64,000 bases of DNA from positions 49,674,464-49,738,463 of the forward strand of contig NC_043011.1 in NCBI RefSeq assembly GCF_006345805.1. Reading direction: 5' to 3'. The position numbers and the translations under genes are program-made. Of this stretch, positions 1 through 13,296 are shown piece by piece. This DNA comes from Octopus sinensis (taxonomy: Eukaryota). Position 1 is the stretch's first letter, and every line of letters starts with the position of its first letter. The notes under the pieces are model-generated. The model searched no databases. It was not told the origin of the DNA and saw only the letters and a program-made list of their open reading frames with translations.

Positions 1-699
1 ATTGTAAGTATGTATTTGATTTATCCTTATGTCATAATGTTATTTTTGATATTCTGGTTAATTACGATGTATTTATTGTTGTTTTCATAAGAGTGTTTAT
101 GTATATGAGGTGTTGGTTATTTTTTTACATTGTTTCATTCATAATTTTTGAGTGGTGTTCGTTTTGCCACGTGAATAACCGGTGGTGGACTAGCGTTGCT
201 TGGATGTGAATGGAATAGTGTAGTAGTGAGTAGGCATAGAGAATGGGATTGGGGTACTGCAAGTTGTTTGTTAGAGATGCTAAGGTGAGTTAAAGCTCAT
301 AAATGTATATAAGTTTTTTGTGGGTGTGTAAGTATTGTTGTATATGTCGAGTTTAGTGAGTATGTATAGGCGTATATGTGAGGGAGTATATGTATCTTTT
401 GTGTGTGAGTGTTTTGCGTGTGAGTGTGTGTTTTGTGTGTGAATGTGTATATGGGTTTGTTTATTTAGGTTTTGGGATGTATGTGTTAATTTGTCTGTGT
501 GGGGAGGGAGTGGGTTTTGGTGTATATTGAGGTTTATAAGTTAGTATAGGTATGTGTATAAGTCGTGAGTCTGTGGTTTACGTGTGTGTATTTGTGTGTG
601 TAATTGTTTAGGTTAGGGGGTTTACTTTATAGGTTTGTTATAGAGTTTATAAAGGGAGATTTTATCGTTATATGTTTTTTAAGATTTTTGTTTTATCAT

Positions 700-730
<31 letters not shown>

Positions 731-779
731 GGGAATTCGTGTAATTAGTCTATATTTTCGATATGGATTATATATATAG

Positions 780-1108
780 GTTATATATGGATTATATACT
801 TATATATTTTTTCATTTATACTTTAATTATTTAAAAGTATTATTTTTATATTTTAAAATTTTGATTTTTTAGATTGGAATCCACCTGAAGATTGTCGATC
901 AAGACAAGAAACGATTGTAGTGGCGGTTTTTTTTGACTATTTATTAAATTTTATGTATTGATTAAGTCTTTCCTTGTTTGTGTTTGCAAATAGTGGTTTT
1001 GTCTCAATAATATTTTATAATATTTTTTACTATAAAATTGGATTTAATCCTAAATCTGATTTTTTTTCCCTGTAAATTTGGATATATTCCCTAATATTTA
1101 TTATTATA
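780..1108 (+). mobile_element. Penelope pLTR-like non-coding terminus carrying the HHR, ending in ccctaatatt-(AT)n
   Basis: The tail (ttttactataaaattggatttaatcctaaatctgattttt-ccctgtaa-tttgga-tattccctaatatt) recurs at 8570-8645 and, more diverged, at 54330-54405, each time followed by (TA)n. The 5' limit is uncertain. Confidence 0.6.
881..923 (+). ncRNA. Type I hammerhead ribozyme (minimal, Penelope-type)
   Basis: ccac-CTGAAGA-ttgtc(gatcaa)gacaa-GAAA-c(gatt)g-TA-gtgg. The core is complete, helix I is ccac/gtgg, helix II is 5 bp, and the cleavage triplet is GUA. Confidence 0.85.
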
Positions 1109-1553
1109 TATATATATATATATAGAAATATATATATATTATATATATATGTGTGTGTGTGAGTGCGCGTGTATTATATATATATATATATATATAATGT
1201 ATGTATGTATTTATGTATACACACACACAACATATATATATATAAGCGCACACTTACATTTGTAAACAGATTCAATGTATATCTTAATATTTATCTTACG
1301 TGATAACTTATACAACTGTCAACCTTCTCCCACAATAAATCATATATTAGTAGTTACTTAACAATCAATATCCTTACCTGTCTACATAATTAGACATTTT
1401 CTGACTACAAATTACGCCTCAGCTACCTGCACAATATATATGTGTGTGTGTGTATAAGTAGATAGATAGATAGAAAGACAAACAGATAGATACATGGATA
1501 GATAGATAGATAGAAAGACAGACAGAAAGGCAGACAGACAGACAGACATACAT

Positions 1554-1652
<99 letters not shown>

Positions 1653-1828
1653 TGTCACGTCATCTCATAAACAATGCCCGAAATATCATATATGTAATTT
1701 CTATCAAATTTTACAGTATTCTAAATGTCATATGGTATTAATTGAGATACATGAATTTGGAAACCTTTAACTTCATATAAATTCTTTTTATGAAATAATC
1801 TGAAGTAATTGATATTAAACCCTCAAAG

Positions 1829-2735
1829 ATGGACGCATCGAAGTATCATTTAAAGCAGATTTACGCTTTATAAGTTCAAAAAGGGAAACTAGAGTAAGAG
1901 TAACCAGAAATAACCTTACTGTAGATGATGGTTTGTAAAGTTCAAAACTGGCGACTTCAGTCTAAGAGAGAGGCCACGAATTTCATGCTGAGCTTCTTTT
2001 GTTAGAGCTTGAGAAGGATAATGCTGTGTCAGTTGAAGAATTGGCAAGCAAGTTCAATTTAAACTATTCAACTATTCACCGCCATCTTTAACAGCTTGGA
2101 AATGTGCCCCAACTTGGAAAATAGGTTCCCCATGATTTAACAGACGACAATCGAAAATCACGAGGGAGCATCTGCTCATCTCTTCACTCTTGTGAATGTA
2201 TCTCACCATTTCTGAACAGGTTAGGGACTGGTGATGAAAGATGGACTTTTTATGGAGATGTCAAGAGATGCAGGCAATAGCTTAGGCTTAGAGAACAGGC
2301 TAGATCACAACGCAAAACGGACCTCCATGAAAAAAGGTTCCTCTTTTTGTTTGATGAGATTGCATTGTTGTGATCCACTTTAAGCTGCTACCAACTAAAA
2401 AAGCAATTACTGCTCACACTTTTGCCAACAGTTAGAGGGTTTGGGTACTGCTTTGAATTAAAAATGGTCTGCTTTGGCGAATCGCAAGTGAGTGGTGCTT
2501 CATCATAATAATGCAAGGCCCCTCACTGCAAAGATTACATTAGAAAACATTGAAGAACTTGGCTGGGAAAAAATCCCTCAGACACCTTATTACGCAGACC
2601 TCTCTCCTGATTACCATTTGTTTCGAAGCGTATAGAATCATTTAGATGGATTAGTACTCAAATGCCCCAAAGAGGTCAAAACTGACCTCTCATCCCTCTT
2701 CTCATCTAAACCAAAAGAGTTTTACACCAGTGGAA
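1829..2735 (+). pseudogene. Mariner (DD34D) transposase pseudogene
   Basis: Manual translation gives WFVKFKTGDFSL, (W)VPHDLT, FLNRLGTGDERW, HHNNARPLTA and PYYADLSPDYHLFR, matching the mariner WVPHEL/TGDE/HDNARPH/YSPDLAPSDY motifs. Many stops and frameshifts. Confidence 0.9.
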
Positions 2736-2739
2736 TTTA

Positions 2740-3527
2740 AAAAGTGATTCTGCGTAATGAAGTTCGTATGACAAAAGTTTCTCCTCGGTGCCACACATGA
2801 TCAAAAGTGCACCATGCTGATGACATCATGGAAAAGTCTGACATTGCCTGGGGCAGATCCAGCTGGTTTCCTTGAACATTTCCCAACCCACGATGAGAGT
2901 TGAGTTGATCACTATGAGTCAGAAACAAGGAAACAATCCATGCAGTGAAAACACCCCTATGCCAAAGAAAGCCAGGGTTGTTTCATCTGTAGGGAATGCG
3001 AGTGCCTCACTTTTTGGGGACGCAAAAGGCACCGTGTTTATTGAATATCTTCAAAAGGGCTACACCTTCAATGGAGAGTACTATGTCAACTTCCTGAGGG
3101 AGTTACGAAAAGCTATCAGGACCAAAAGCCAGGAAAACTGACGAAAGGTTTCTTGTTTTATCAGGTTGATGCTCCAGCACACAAGTACTTCGTTTCAATA
3201 GTTGTTGTGTGTGACCGTGGCTTTGAAATGGTTGATTACAGTGCCAATTCTTATTTGGCCCCATTTGACTATCATCTGTTCCTCAACATAAAAAAAACAC
3301 TCGGCTGGGAACGAGTTTTGGCAGCAATAACGACGTCATATCTGCTGTTGATGACATTTTAGATTAACAAAACGAGAGCTTCTTCGCCACAAGGATCCAG
3401 GCACTGTAACAGCGATGGAAGAAGTGTTTGGATCACAAGAGGGACTACGTTGAAAAATAAGTCTCATTTGGTTACAATCCATCAGAATGTCTTGCCCAGC
3501 CTATGAACTTTTCAGCCGACCCTCGTA
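2740..3527 (+). mobile_element. Second mariner relic (3' half of transposase plus right TIR)
   Basis: ORF pieces PKKARVVSSVG..LFGDAKGTVFIEYLQKGYTFNGEYY, QVDAPAHK and LAPFDYHLF. It ends in gaacttttcagccgaccctcgTA, a mariner-type TIR plus TA. Confidence 0.88.
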
Positions 3528-3544
3528 TCTATCTATCTATCTAT

Positions 3545-3895
3545 TTGCAAAAAAAAAAATAAGAAATATAACATGTGACTTCATTGACCGAGGTTACCGT
3601 GGTCTTTTCCGTAGGCTTTTCTTTCCACGGGTAAACCTCACCTGTCCTCCCCTTTACACTTCATATTGACATTTCTGTGATTACGATCCCTATTGATCAA
3701 CATTTTTTTCCTCTCTCCATTTCTTTTTTTCCCTCTCCCCCCCCCTTTTTTTAAATCCTCCCCTTTTTTGTCCTCTTTCTTTCCTTTTACGATCCCTTTT
3801 GATCGAAAACCAACCCCCTTTTTACCCCCAAAAAAAAGCTCTACCTTGTAATTTGTTCTGTCTGTGTGCACCCTGTGTGGCTAATAAAGAAACAT
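3545..3895 (+). mobile_element. 5'-truncated 3' end of the Tx1 LINE family, embedded in (ATCT)n
   Basis: Matches the reverse complement of 28418-28760 (gaccgaggttaccgtggtc ... ctgtgtggctaataaagaaac). Flanked on both sides by ATCT repeats. Confidence 0.85.
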
Positions 3896-4320
<425 letters not shown>

Positions 4321-4717
4321 ATATAGATACATCTGCACATACATGCATACAAGTATTTGTGCGTGTGTATGTGTGTGTGTGCCTATGTGTCTGTGTGAAT
4401 GTGAGTCAGAGTGAGTGAGTGTGTGTGTGTTGTTTGTGTGTGTTTGAATGTTAGTGAGCGAGTAAATGTGTGTGTGTGTGTGTGTGTGTATGTTTATCAT
4501 ATATCATGTACCACATCGTATTAGACAGTTAACAACAGTATTCAATTTTTAACATACTTAAATGTGTAGGTCACGTCTCGATCTACTAAATAATTCATAT
4601 TGTTACATGGAACAGTTGCTTGTATAAGGAAAAAAAAGAGTACTCATCACATTTTGAAAAGTTTGGTGAACACTTTTAAATTCGATTCGCGACAAAATAG
4701 TTCTAGTCATATATATA

Positions 4718-4783
<66 letters not shown>

Positions 4784-4932
4784 ATTTGACATGGGCGATT
4801 CTTTCTTGTTTTGAGATTCGCGGTCAAACGGCTGGGTGGAATTGCGCGAAAAAATACACAGATGAGTAGAATGATCCGGTGGTGTTGATGGGCTTTGTAT
4901 TTTTTGATAGCTCCCATGGTTACCGATATAAT

Positions 4933-5128
4933 CTACTATAATAATACTCTTGTGTTTATGAATGAGAAAGGAAGGGGTGATAGATGGATAAGGGAGGAAG
5001 GGGGTGATGTCATACTTGGTAGTAGGATGATGAAAATTGTATGCTGAAAAGATAAATCAAACAGCGTTTCGACTCTGTGTGAATATATGTGCATGTATGT
5101 AAAAGAGGCGTATGTGAATGTACGTGTA

Positions 5129-5167
<39 letters not shown>

Positions 5168-5427
5168 ATATGTGTGTGTGTGTGTATGTTTGTGTGTGCG
5201 TGCGTATGCGCGCGCAATGGAAGTGGGATGGTTCATCTTCGCTTTTTTTCGTTGGTCAGTTATTTTTAGCGTTTTGACACAAAAAAGTCATTCTAAAATT
5301 GTTTTCTAACGTAAGCACGTGCCCAAACAAGTCGAATGCTTACACAGAGCAGGTTTTACAGACATATCCAAACTCAGGTTTTACAGGCATATCATCCAAA
5401 CTGACCGGGGGAAACCGGGCTTAGCTG

Positions 5428-5430
<3 letters not shown>
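4933..5430 (+). mobile_element. Non-autonomous Helitron-like element
   Basis: 5' a|TCtactataata; 3' hairpin ccgggggaaaccggg followed by ...gctgCTAA(G)t; internal (TG)n. Confidence 0.55.
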
Positions 5431-5472
<42 letters not shown>

Positions 5473-5673
5473 TATATATTATTATATAAAAGGGCTTAGT
5501 AAAATAAATTACTTTGCCGCATACTGAACTCATTAGAAATAGCAGCTAAAAAACTTTTTTAAAACTATTTCTAATACTTAAAAAGAAAATCTCTCTCATA
5601 TATAGTGTTTGCTTAATTCAACTCACAAAAGTTTGGGGGTAAGGACATCGAAAAATCAAATGCTAAGGTTATT

Positions 5674-5727
5674 TGAGAACGTACGTTTCAAGATTAGTCA
5701 AAAAACAACACTTCTATCATCAGCTCA
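5674..5727 (-). ncRNA. Hammerhead ribozyme motif, array A copy 1
   Basis: Reverse complement: tgagCTGATGAtagaagtgttgttttttgactaatcttGAAAcgtacgTTctca. Helix III is palindromic; helix II pairing is weak. Confidence 0.65.
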
Positions 5728-6215
5728 GAAATTCCTTGGTTTGGATTTGGAAACACTGAAAATAAGAACATACCCTTTCGAAGATTTGCTCGTAACTACA
5801 GTGCCAACAAATTCAAATAAGCAAGCGAAGAATCTCTGTTCTCCCCTTTCCACCAGCGTGGGTTAAAAACATCAAACACTATGCTTATTTCGGTAAAATC
5901 CGAAGCATTAATCAGAGGAGATTAATTATAATTTCAACAATTGAGGGCAAAATTAATTAATTATTAATCAATTTCACCAAGTGTTCAGTATGCAAAGGGA
6001 CCATTCAAGGCGAATTCAAATTATTACATTATATAAAAGGGCTTAGTAAAATAAATTACTTTGCCGCATACTGAACTCATTAGAATAGCAGCTAAAAAAC
6101 TTTTTTAAAACTATTTCTAATACTTAAGAAAATCTCTCTCATATATAGTGTTTGCTTAATTCAACTCACAAAAGTTTGGGGGTAAGGACATCGAAAAATC
6201 AAATGCTAAGGTTAT

Positions 6216-6269
6216 TGAGAACGTACGTTTCAAGATTAGTCAAAAAACAACACTTCTATCATCAGCTCA
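6216..6269 (-). ncRNA. Hammerhead ribozyme motif, array A copy 2
   Basis: Same motif as 5674-5727. Confidence 0.65.
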
Positions 6270-6562
6270 GAAATCCTTGGTTTGGATTTGGAAACACTGA
6301 AATAAGACCATACCCTTTCGAAGATTTGCTCGTAACTAACAGTGCCAACAAATTCAAATAAGCAAGCGAAGAATCTCTGTTCTCCCCTTTCCACCAGCGT
6401 GGGTTAAAAACATCAAACACTATGCTTATTTCGGTAAAATCCGAATCATTATCAGAGGGAGATTAATTATAATTTCAACAATTGAGGGCAAAATTAATTA
6501 ATTATTAATCATTTCACACCAAGTTTCAGTATGCAAAGGGACCATTCAAGGCGAATTCAAAT

Positions 6563-6780
6563 AATAAGCATTTTTAGAGATTTAAGTATAATAGCCATCT
6601 CAAATGGCTAACCACAAAGGGGGGGGGGTTACTGTAGCTTTTTACGTTTTGAGATTTAATAATACATTTTTAGAGAGTTACTTCTCTTATATAATAGCGA
6701 AAAAATGCAATAAAATGGTAAAAATGATGATAGATTATTTTTTAAATCGTAGACTCATCGTAGACGCGCGCTAATACCCA
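6563..6780 (-). mobile_element. Internal fragment of the non-autonomous Helitron family at 40603-40995
   Basis: taagcatttttagaga...ggctaaccacaaagggggg...cgtagactcatcgtagacgcgc matches 40650-40865. Confidence 0.8.
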
Positions 6781-7142
6781 GTGTTTCCAAATCCAAAACC
6801 AGGAATTTCTGAGCTGATGATGAAGTGTTGTTTTTGACTAATCTTGAACGTACTTCTCACAATAACCTTAGCATTTGATTTTTCGATGTCCTTACCCCCA
6901 AACTTTTGTGAGTTGAATTAAGCAAACACTATATTGAGAGAGATTTTCTTTAAGTATTAGAAATAGTTTTTAAAAAGTTTTTTAGCTGTATTTCTAATGA
7001 GTTCAGTATGCGGCAAAGTAATTTATTTACTAGCCCTTTTATATAATGAATAATTTGAATTCGCCTTGAATGGTCCCTTGCATACTGAACACTTGGTGAA
7101 ATGGATTATAATTAATTAATTTTGCCCTCAATGTTGAAATAT
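6780..7142 (+). mobile_element. Inverted partial copy of the array A unit, with decayed HHR at 6810-6859
   Basis: Reverse complement of ~5925-6298; ends in (TA)n. Confidence 0.8.
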
Positions 7143-7205
7143 AATATATATATATATATTACACATACATATACATATACACATACACACACACATATAT
7201 ATATG

Positions 7206-7537
7206 CAGGGTGATTGAAAAGTAACTCACTATTTTAAAATACTATTTTAAAATACTTTAAAGGAGCAAGCCTACTCTTCCAAACCAACGACTTTGGAAGA
7301 ACTTGAAGGCCGAATACGAGAAGTTATGTCTTCTATCCCACAAAAGTGCCTGATGAAATCAGTTGATGCGGTTCCCGCGCTGCTTGAGAAGCTGGTGGAA
7401 AATGCTGGTGCCTGTATCGATTTTAAATAAAACTCCATGCTATACGCTTTCTTTACATATTCATTTTTTTCTCAAAAAAATAGTTAATAATTAAATTTTA
7501 ATTAAATTATAAGGGTGTTACTTTTCAATCATCTCGT
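7206..7537 (+). mobile_element. Tc1/mariner-superfamily internal deletion derivative
   Basis: TIRs cagggtgattgaaaagtaac / gttacttttcaatcatctcg. The interior encodes a transposase C-terminus KEQAYSSKPTTLEELEGRIREVMSSI. Confidence 0.7.
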
Positions 7538-7596
7538 ATATTTATACATACATACATACATACATACATACATACATACATACATACATACATACA

Positions 7597-8286
7597 CAGA
7601 GCGCAATGGGCAAATTGTTGCCATTTTATATATTTAATTTCGCGCATGTGCATTGTCTGTTTTTGATTTTGTCGACTATACAGTATAGTAGGGTCAGTTG
7701 GGCACCATCTGTGAGAAAAACAGCACCATGATGCAATTCAGTCAGCCAGAAATTTGGAAACGACATGCTGCCCTGCTTGGCATTTGCGCCCGAAATTCTA
7801 GTACGAACATTTCAGATTGTTTGGGTGTCAATCTGAGGACAGTAACTATACTGAGAGTGATAAAAATCAAACATCTGGTCAACATCATGGTGTCTGGAGT
7901 GATCATTAGTGATGGCGACGTTATGCCTCCATTCATCTTTCCACATTTCTGCAGCCACACCATCCCTAACATCTGGCCACTTACCACCCCAGACTGCAAC
8001 GCCCTTGATTGTTATGTTTGAGACGCAGTTGAGCGTCAGACCAACACCAAGGGTTATGGCAGCATTCACAAACATAATCAAGGTGACCGTCCAGAAGAGT
8101 CGTCGGAGATTCCAAATTGTCTGGAATCCGTGGTTGAAGCCAATGGCGATTTTATTGAATAAATTTACTCTTGAGTATTTCGAGGTATTTTTTTATGTAA
8201 TTTTGGTAACTATATCTGTTAAAATGAGATGTCACTGTTATTTTCATTTTTGCGTAATATAGACGACATATATTCACTGCACGCTG
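7597..8286 (+). mobile_element. maT/DD37D-like Tc1/mariner deletion derivative
   Basis: Encodes MVSGVIISDGDVMPPFIFPH and WPLTTPDCNALDCYV (WPPNSPDxNPLD-like). Degenerate TIRs cagagcgcaatg / cactgcacgctg. Confidence 0.7.
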
Positions 8287-8356
8287 TATATATGCATAAT
8301 ATATATATATATATATATATAATATATATATATTATATATATATATATATATATTA

Positions 8357-8642
8357 TATTAAATTAGAGATAAAACTACTATTAGGCAAATCAAACTATG
8401 AAAAACATAAGCCAATACATAAAATTAATTAATTATATTATTTTAAATATATATACTTTTGATATATATTTAAAATAATATAAATTAATTAATTTTATGT
8501 ATTGGCTTATGGTTTTCATAGTTTGATTTGCCTAATAGTGGTTTTATCTCTAATTTAATATAATATAATATTTTACTATAAAATTGGATTTAATCCTAAA
8601 TCTGATTTTTCCCTGTAAGTTTGGATTTATTCCCTAATATTT

Positions 8643-8648
<6 letters not shown>
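8357..8648 (+). mobile_element. Fold-back element (~100 bp inverted arms plus ~90 bp tail) in (TA)n, same family as 930-1108
   Basis: 8357-8455 is the reverse complement of 8462-8560; the tail matches 1020-1108. Confidence 0.8.
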
Positions 8649-8718
<70 letters not shown>

Positions 8719-8864
8719 GTGTGTGTGTGCGTGTGTGTGCGTGTGTGTCGGTGTGTGTGTATTTATGTGTATTTAAAAGGTTGTTTGTTATGGTCAGTCA
8801 GAGAGTGACTCTTGCTTTCGAATCTATAAGGCACTAAGCAGTATAGGCGTCTCGTACATTTATC

Positions 8865-9240
8865 TCTTTACTTTTATCTTGAGTGAGGCCTTGCAGAATT
8901 TAATTCGAATGAATAGACTCCATACTTATTTTCTTTTCACCTTGGTACTTATTCAGTAATTTTTTTACAAGGTTGTAAACAAACCAAGACCAGTTGTCAT
9001 GTGGTGCTGGGGGACATACGTAGATACAAAGACAGAAATACAGACAGACAGACACATACGCACACACACATATGTACTACGGGCTTCTTTTAGTTTCCGT
9101 TTACCATATCCACTCACATTTTGGTCAGTACGAGGCTACATTAGATGACACGTGCTGAAGGTGTCACACAGTGGGACTGAACGCAGAACGATATCGTTGG
9201 GAAGCAAGAGTCTTACCACAGTGGCACGCCTGCGCCTATA
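8865..9240 (-). mobile_element. Bipartite tRNA-derived SINE with internal microsatellite (decayed copy)
   Basis: Homologous to 45998-46432 (gacgggcttctttcagtttccgtctaccaaatccactcac). Confidence 0.7.
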
Positions 9241-9390
9241 GCCCCCCCCACGCCTGCGACTATAGACACGCCTGCACCTATAGCTATGCCTGTGCCTGTA
9301 GCCACCACTGCACCTATAGCCATGATTGCACTTATAGCCACGCCTGCGCCTATAGCCACGCCTGCGCCTATAGCCAGGCCTGCGCCTATA
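9225..9390. repeat. 18-bp minisatellite (cacgcctgcgcctatagc) x~9
   Basis: Direct reading. The unit equals the reverse complement of the SINE 5' end. Confidence 0.85.
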
Positions 9391-10217
9391 TTGCTGACAA
9401 TGTTTCTATGAGATGTTGGAACAGGTGTAGGAAAAAGGAAATTTTTGAAATGTCAATGAGATACCAATGTTTCGCATTCTTCCTAACACACATAAACATG
9501 GATATCTACAAAAGAATATATTTTTGAATAGATATTTATACACATTAGCATGTATGTATGTATGTATGTATGTATGTATGTATGTATGTATGTATGTATG
9601 TATGTATGTATGTATGTGTGTGTGTATGTATGTATGTATATGTGTATGTATGTATGTATGTATGTATGTATGTATGTATGTATGTATGTATAATTCCTCC
9701 CTTTCTCTCTCATTTTCACTCAAAATATATGGTTAAAAGAATAAAATGTGATAATTCAATAATTTTTCTGGAGATTTTTCGTTGAATATAGTTACCGGGA
9801 TTGTATTCAACAATTCAAGTGACTATCTACTGTGATAAATAAACGTATTTATATATATATGTGTGTGTGTGAGTGTATGTGCATGCGTGTGTATGTGTGT
9901 GAGCGTGTGTATTTCAGTGTTGTAGCAGGTTGAGTGGAAAAATGATTTACGCTGCCTTTGTTATGAATAAATATGTATTTACACATGTTTGCATTCACAT
10001 ACATACCCACAGTACATACCCCCCTCCCCCACTGGCACACACATCCTTATACGCATCCATACGCCCACATACACGCATGCAAATACACACACAACTTTTA
10101 TATAATTTAGTTGTTTATGCATTACGTTTATTGTCCCCATCCGCAAAACCAATCATATATATATTACATATATATATTTATATATGTATGTATATATATA
10201 TATATATAATATATATA

Positions 10218-10248
<31 letters not shown>

Positions 10249-10500
10249 AAATACATACATGTGTGTATGTATATATAATCATTCCACATACAAAACGAAA
10301 TAAAGATGGGCCATTTGTGAGATGCGAGATGTAATACACGGTTGAAATATACATTGAATATTTTGGAAGATGAAGAAATTTGTAAGGTATATGCGTTGTC
10401 TTTGATATACCAAATTGGATTTCGTTATATTATGATGTTTCTTGAATGCAGTTTACTTCATACTAATATTTCTTTACATGGATCAAACACATTTATGATT

Positions 10501-10533
<33 letters not shown>

Positions 10534-11376
10534 TATATAATTGCATTACGTTACAACAAATATGCAATATGTACATGCATATATTAAATTAACTTTTCAT
10601 ACATATATACATAAGTATTTATATGCTTACTTATATAATCGTAATGTAAGTAATGTAAACTACATAAAAATATATTTTACATGATACAAATATCATTTGA
10701 TGTTGAACTCAATACGTTGAGTGTCGTTACTGAATGCAAGTAAGAGTGTCTTAAAATGTCATCTTTGCATACGTTTAAAAGAAATTCTAATGAGTTTTAT
10801 CTGCCTTCTAATTATCTTTTACAATGACCAACTAGAGACCAACTGATTAAATCTAATCTCCGCCAAACATTACAAATACTTCAAACACCATTTTTTAAAA
10901 CCCTTCAATGCAGCAATCAAGAGCGAAACAGATAACTTCATATTGTCTTAATGCTTTATTATCTAACACATACACCGGTTCGATTTTCACTAATTTATCA
11001 CTCATATTTTTTCTTCCAAATTTTTCTTTCCTTTGCCAATCTTGTCGATGGATATTGACTCTGTCCGTTAGGAGCTCCAGTATCGGGCGGAGTCAACATA
11101 CACTGACAAGGTTGCAAAAGCAATGAAAATTTTGGAAGAAAAAAATTTCAATAATAGATGAGTGGAAATCGAATCAGTGCGTATGTTAGATAATAAAGTA
11201 GTAAGACAATATGACTTTCTCCAGAGACAACGTAAGTTGCTTCAGTACACGAGTTCGCATAAAGAATCTTGCAAAAGAATCTTGCATACATACATACATA
11301 TATACATAAATATATATATATATATATGTATATATATGTATGTGTGTGTGTTTGTGTGTGTATATATATGTATATA

Positions 11377-11420
<44 letters not shown>

Positions 11421-12039
11421 AAATATGCATATATATATGTGTAAATATATATATACTTACATATATACATACATATACATACTCACACACACACACACAT
11501 ATGCGTAAACGTGAAGCAATAAGAATTAGCGCTCAACACCGCATTGGTGGATAAAATTTCTTTATTTGTGCATTAAGGCTACCAATGGTTTCATGTTAAG
11601 AAAATATCTTAATTTCTTAATAATATTTCAAGTCGATCCCATGGAAGAATGGTGTTCATTTTCCACTTTGCATGAAATGGAGACGACCACCATATATAGT
11701 GCAGAGCTTGGAGAAGTGAAATCTTGAAGTGGTCACAGAGCGCCTGATACAGTATTTGGAGAGATAAAATATTTACGAATGCATATACAAGCATGAATAT
11801 ATTCAAACAACATGTGTGTGTTTGGAACACTGAAGACAACGAATGTGCATATATATATATATAACAAAACTTCACTTCCATCACTTATGTGTAAAATATT
11901 TGAAGGTCTTTTTAAAAATATATTTATTAACGTTTCAATTAAAGTATCTCTTTTCAAATATTGTTATTAGATTATCCTTAAATCTTCATATCTTTAGCGC
12001 CTCGGGCAGATCTTTTTCTCTAAGTATGTGAATGGGTGT

Positions 12040-12278
12040 GTGTGTGTGCGTGTGCCTTTGTGTATGTCAGCCACCACTTCTTGACGTCCGGTGTCGATGT
12101 ATTTGCGTCCCCGTAATGTAGTATTTCGGCAAAAGAGACCAATATAAAAATTACCAGGCATGAAAAAAAAAAAAAAAATACTGGTGTCGAACCATTCAAG
12201 TAAAAATTCTTCAAAGCGGTGCCCCAGCATGGCCGCAGTCTAATGACTGAAACTGGTAAGAGATAACAGATTAAAGAT
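12040..12278 (+). mobile_element. 3' half of bipartite SINE
   Basis: ...ggtgccccagcatggccgcagtctaatgactgaaactggtaaga tail. Confidence 0.7.
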
Positions 12279-13102
12279 ATATACGAAATCCACTTACATT
12301 CGTTTTGGCATGACAGCTTCCCAAAGCAGTCGGCTGTTTTCTCTGTTTTCGGTTTCCCTTATTTAATAACTTCAGTTTATCACATTGTAACACTTCAGCT
12401 TATCACACTGCAACACTCCTCGACTCAATCTTTAATATCACATGCTTCATTTTATATTTGTAATCTCATTTCTGTCATTAATCTGGAACATTACTATTCC
12501 TCTATAGAAAAAGCCTTTCCTGATTATACTCAACACATCTGCATTTTCTATGGTATCAGATATTTCTGGTTTACATCTCCCAGTATTTGAACGAGTTTGA
12601 ATAGATATATTAAATTGAATAGATATATTAACACCTACATCTAGCATCATTCTTTTTCTTTTTTGTTGCATTTTTTTTTTATTAAATTACTTTTTTTTTT
12701 TGTTGTACTTTAAGTCGATATTGGAAGATTTCACTAATCTCGATCACGCTTTAATTAACAGTCTGGTGAATCGCCTGCAAATCCCAGTAAGTTTTCTGGC
12801 AAGATGTCGATGTCTTTTGGTGTGTATGTGTATATTTTTGAGTCCCCATTGCAATTGTAATTGTCTGTGTGTGTACATACATGCACACACACACGCCTAC
12901 GCGCACGCGCGCGCGAAAAGACACACACACACGCACGCAAATATATAATGATAAAATGTGGCATAGGTGCACGACGAAAGAGCATACAGTAATCAGGAAA
13001 AAATATACAAATGACGGAACGTGCTTATCCTTCGTCACTTATCAAGCAGAAATTATCATCATCATCATCATAATATATATTCTTTATTATTTTTAAAATT
13101 CT

Positions 13103-13270
13103 TTTACTCGTTTCAGTCATTTGAGTGAGGCCATGGTGGAGCACTGCCTATAGTCGAAAAAAAGCCTAGTATTTATTCTATCGACCCTTTCCCTGAACCG
13201 CTAAGTTACGGGGACGCAAACACGCCAACATCGGTTGTCAAGCGAAGGTGGGGGAACAAACACAGACACT
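13103..13270 (-). mobile_element. 3' half of bipartite SINE
   Basis: gtttcagtcatttga...gaaccgctaagttacggggacgcaaac. Confidence 0.7.
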
Positions 13271-13296
13271 CAAATTTATACATATACATACATATA

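Larger units (their letters stand above)
5481..6562 (-). mobile_element. Tandem dimer (~547 bp unit) of an HHR-bearing non-coding element
   Basis: Units start at 5481 and 6028 and are near-identical. Each has a minus-strand tgag-CTGATGA-...-GAAA-cgtacg-TT-ctca motif (5674-5727 and 6216-6269). Abuts (TA)n. Confidence 0.8.
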
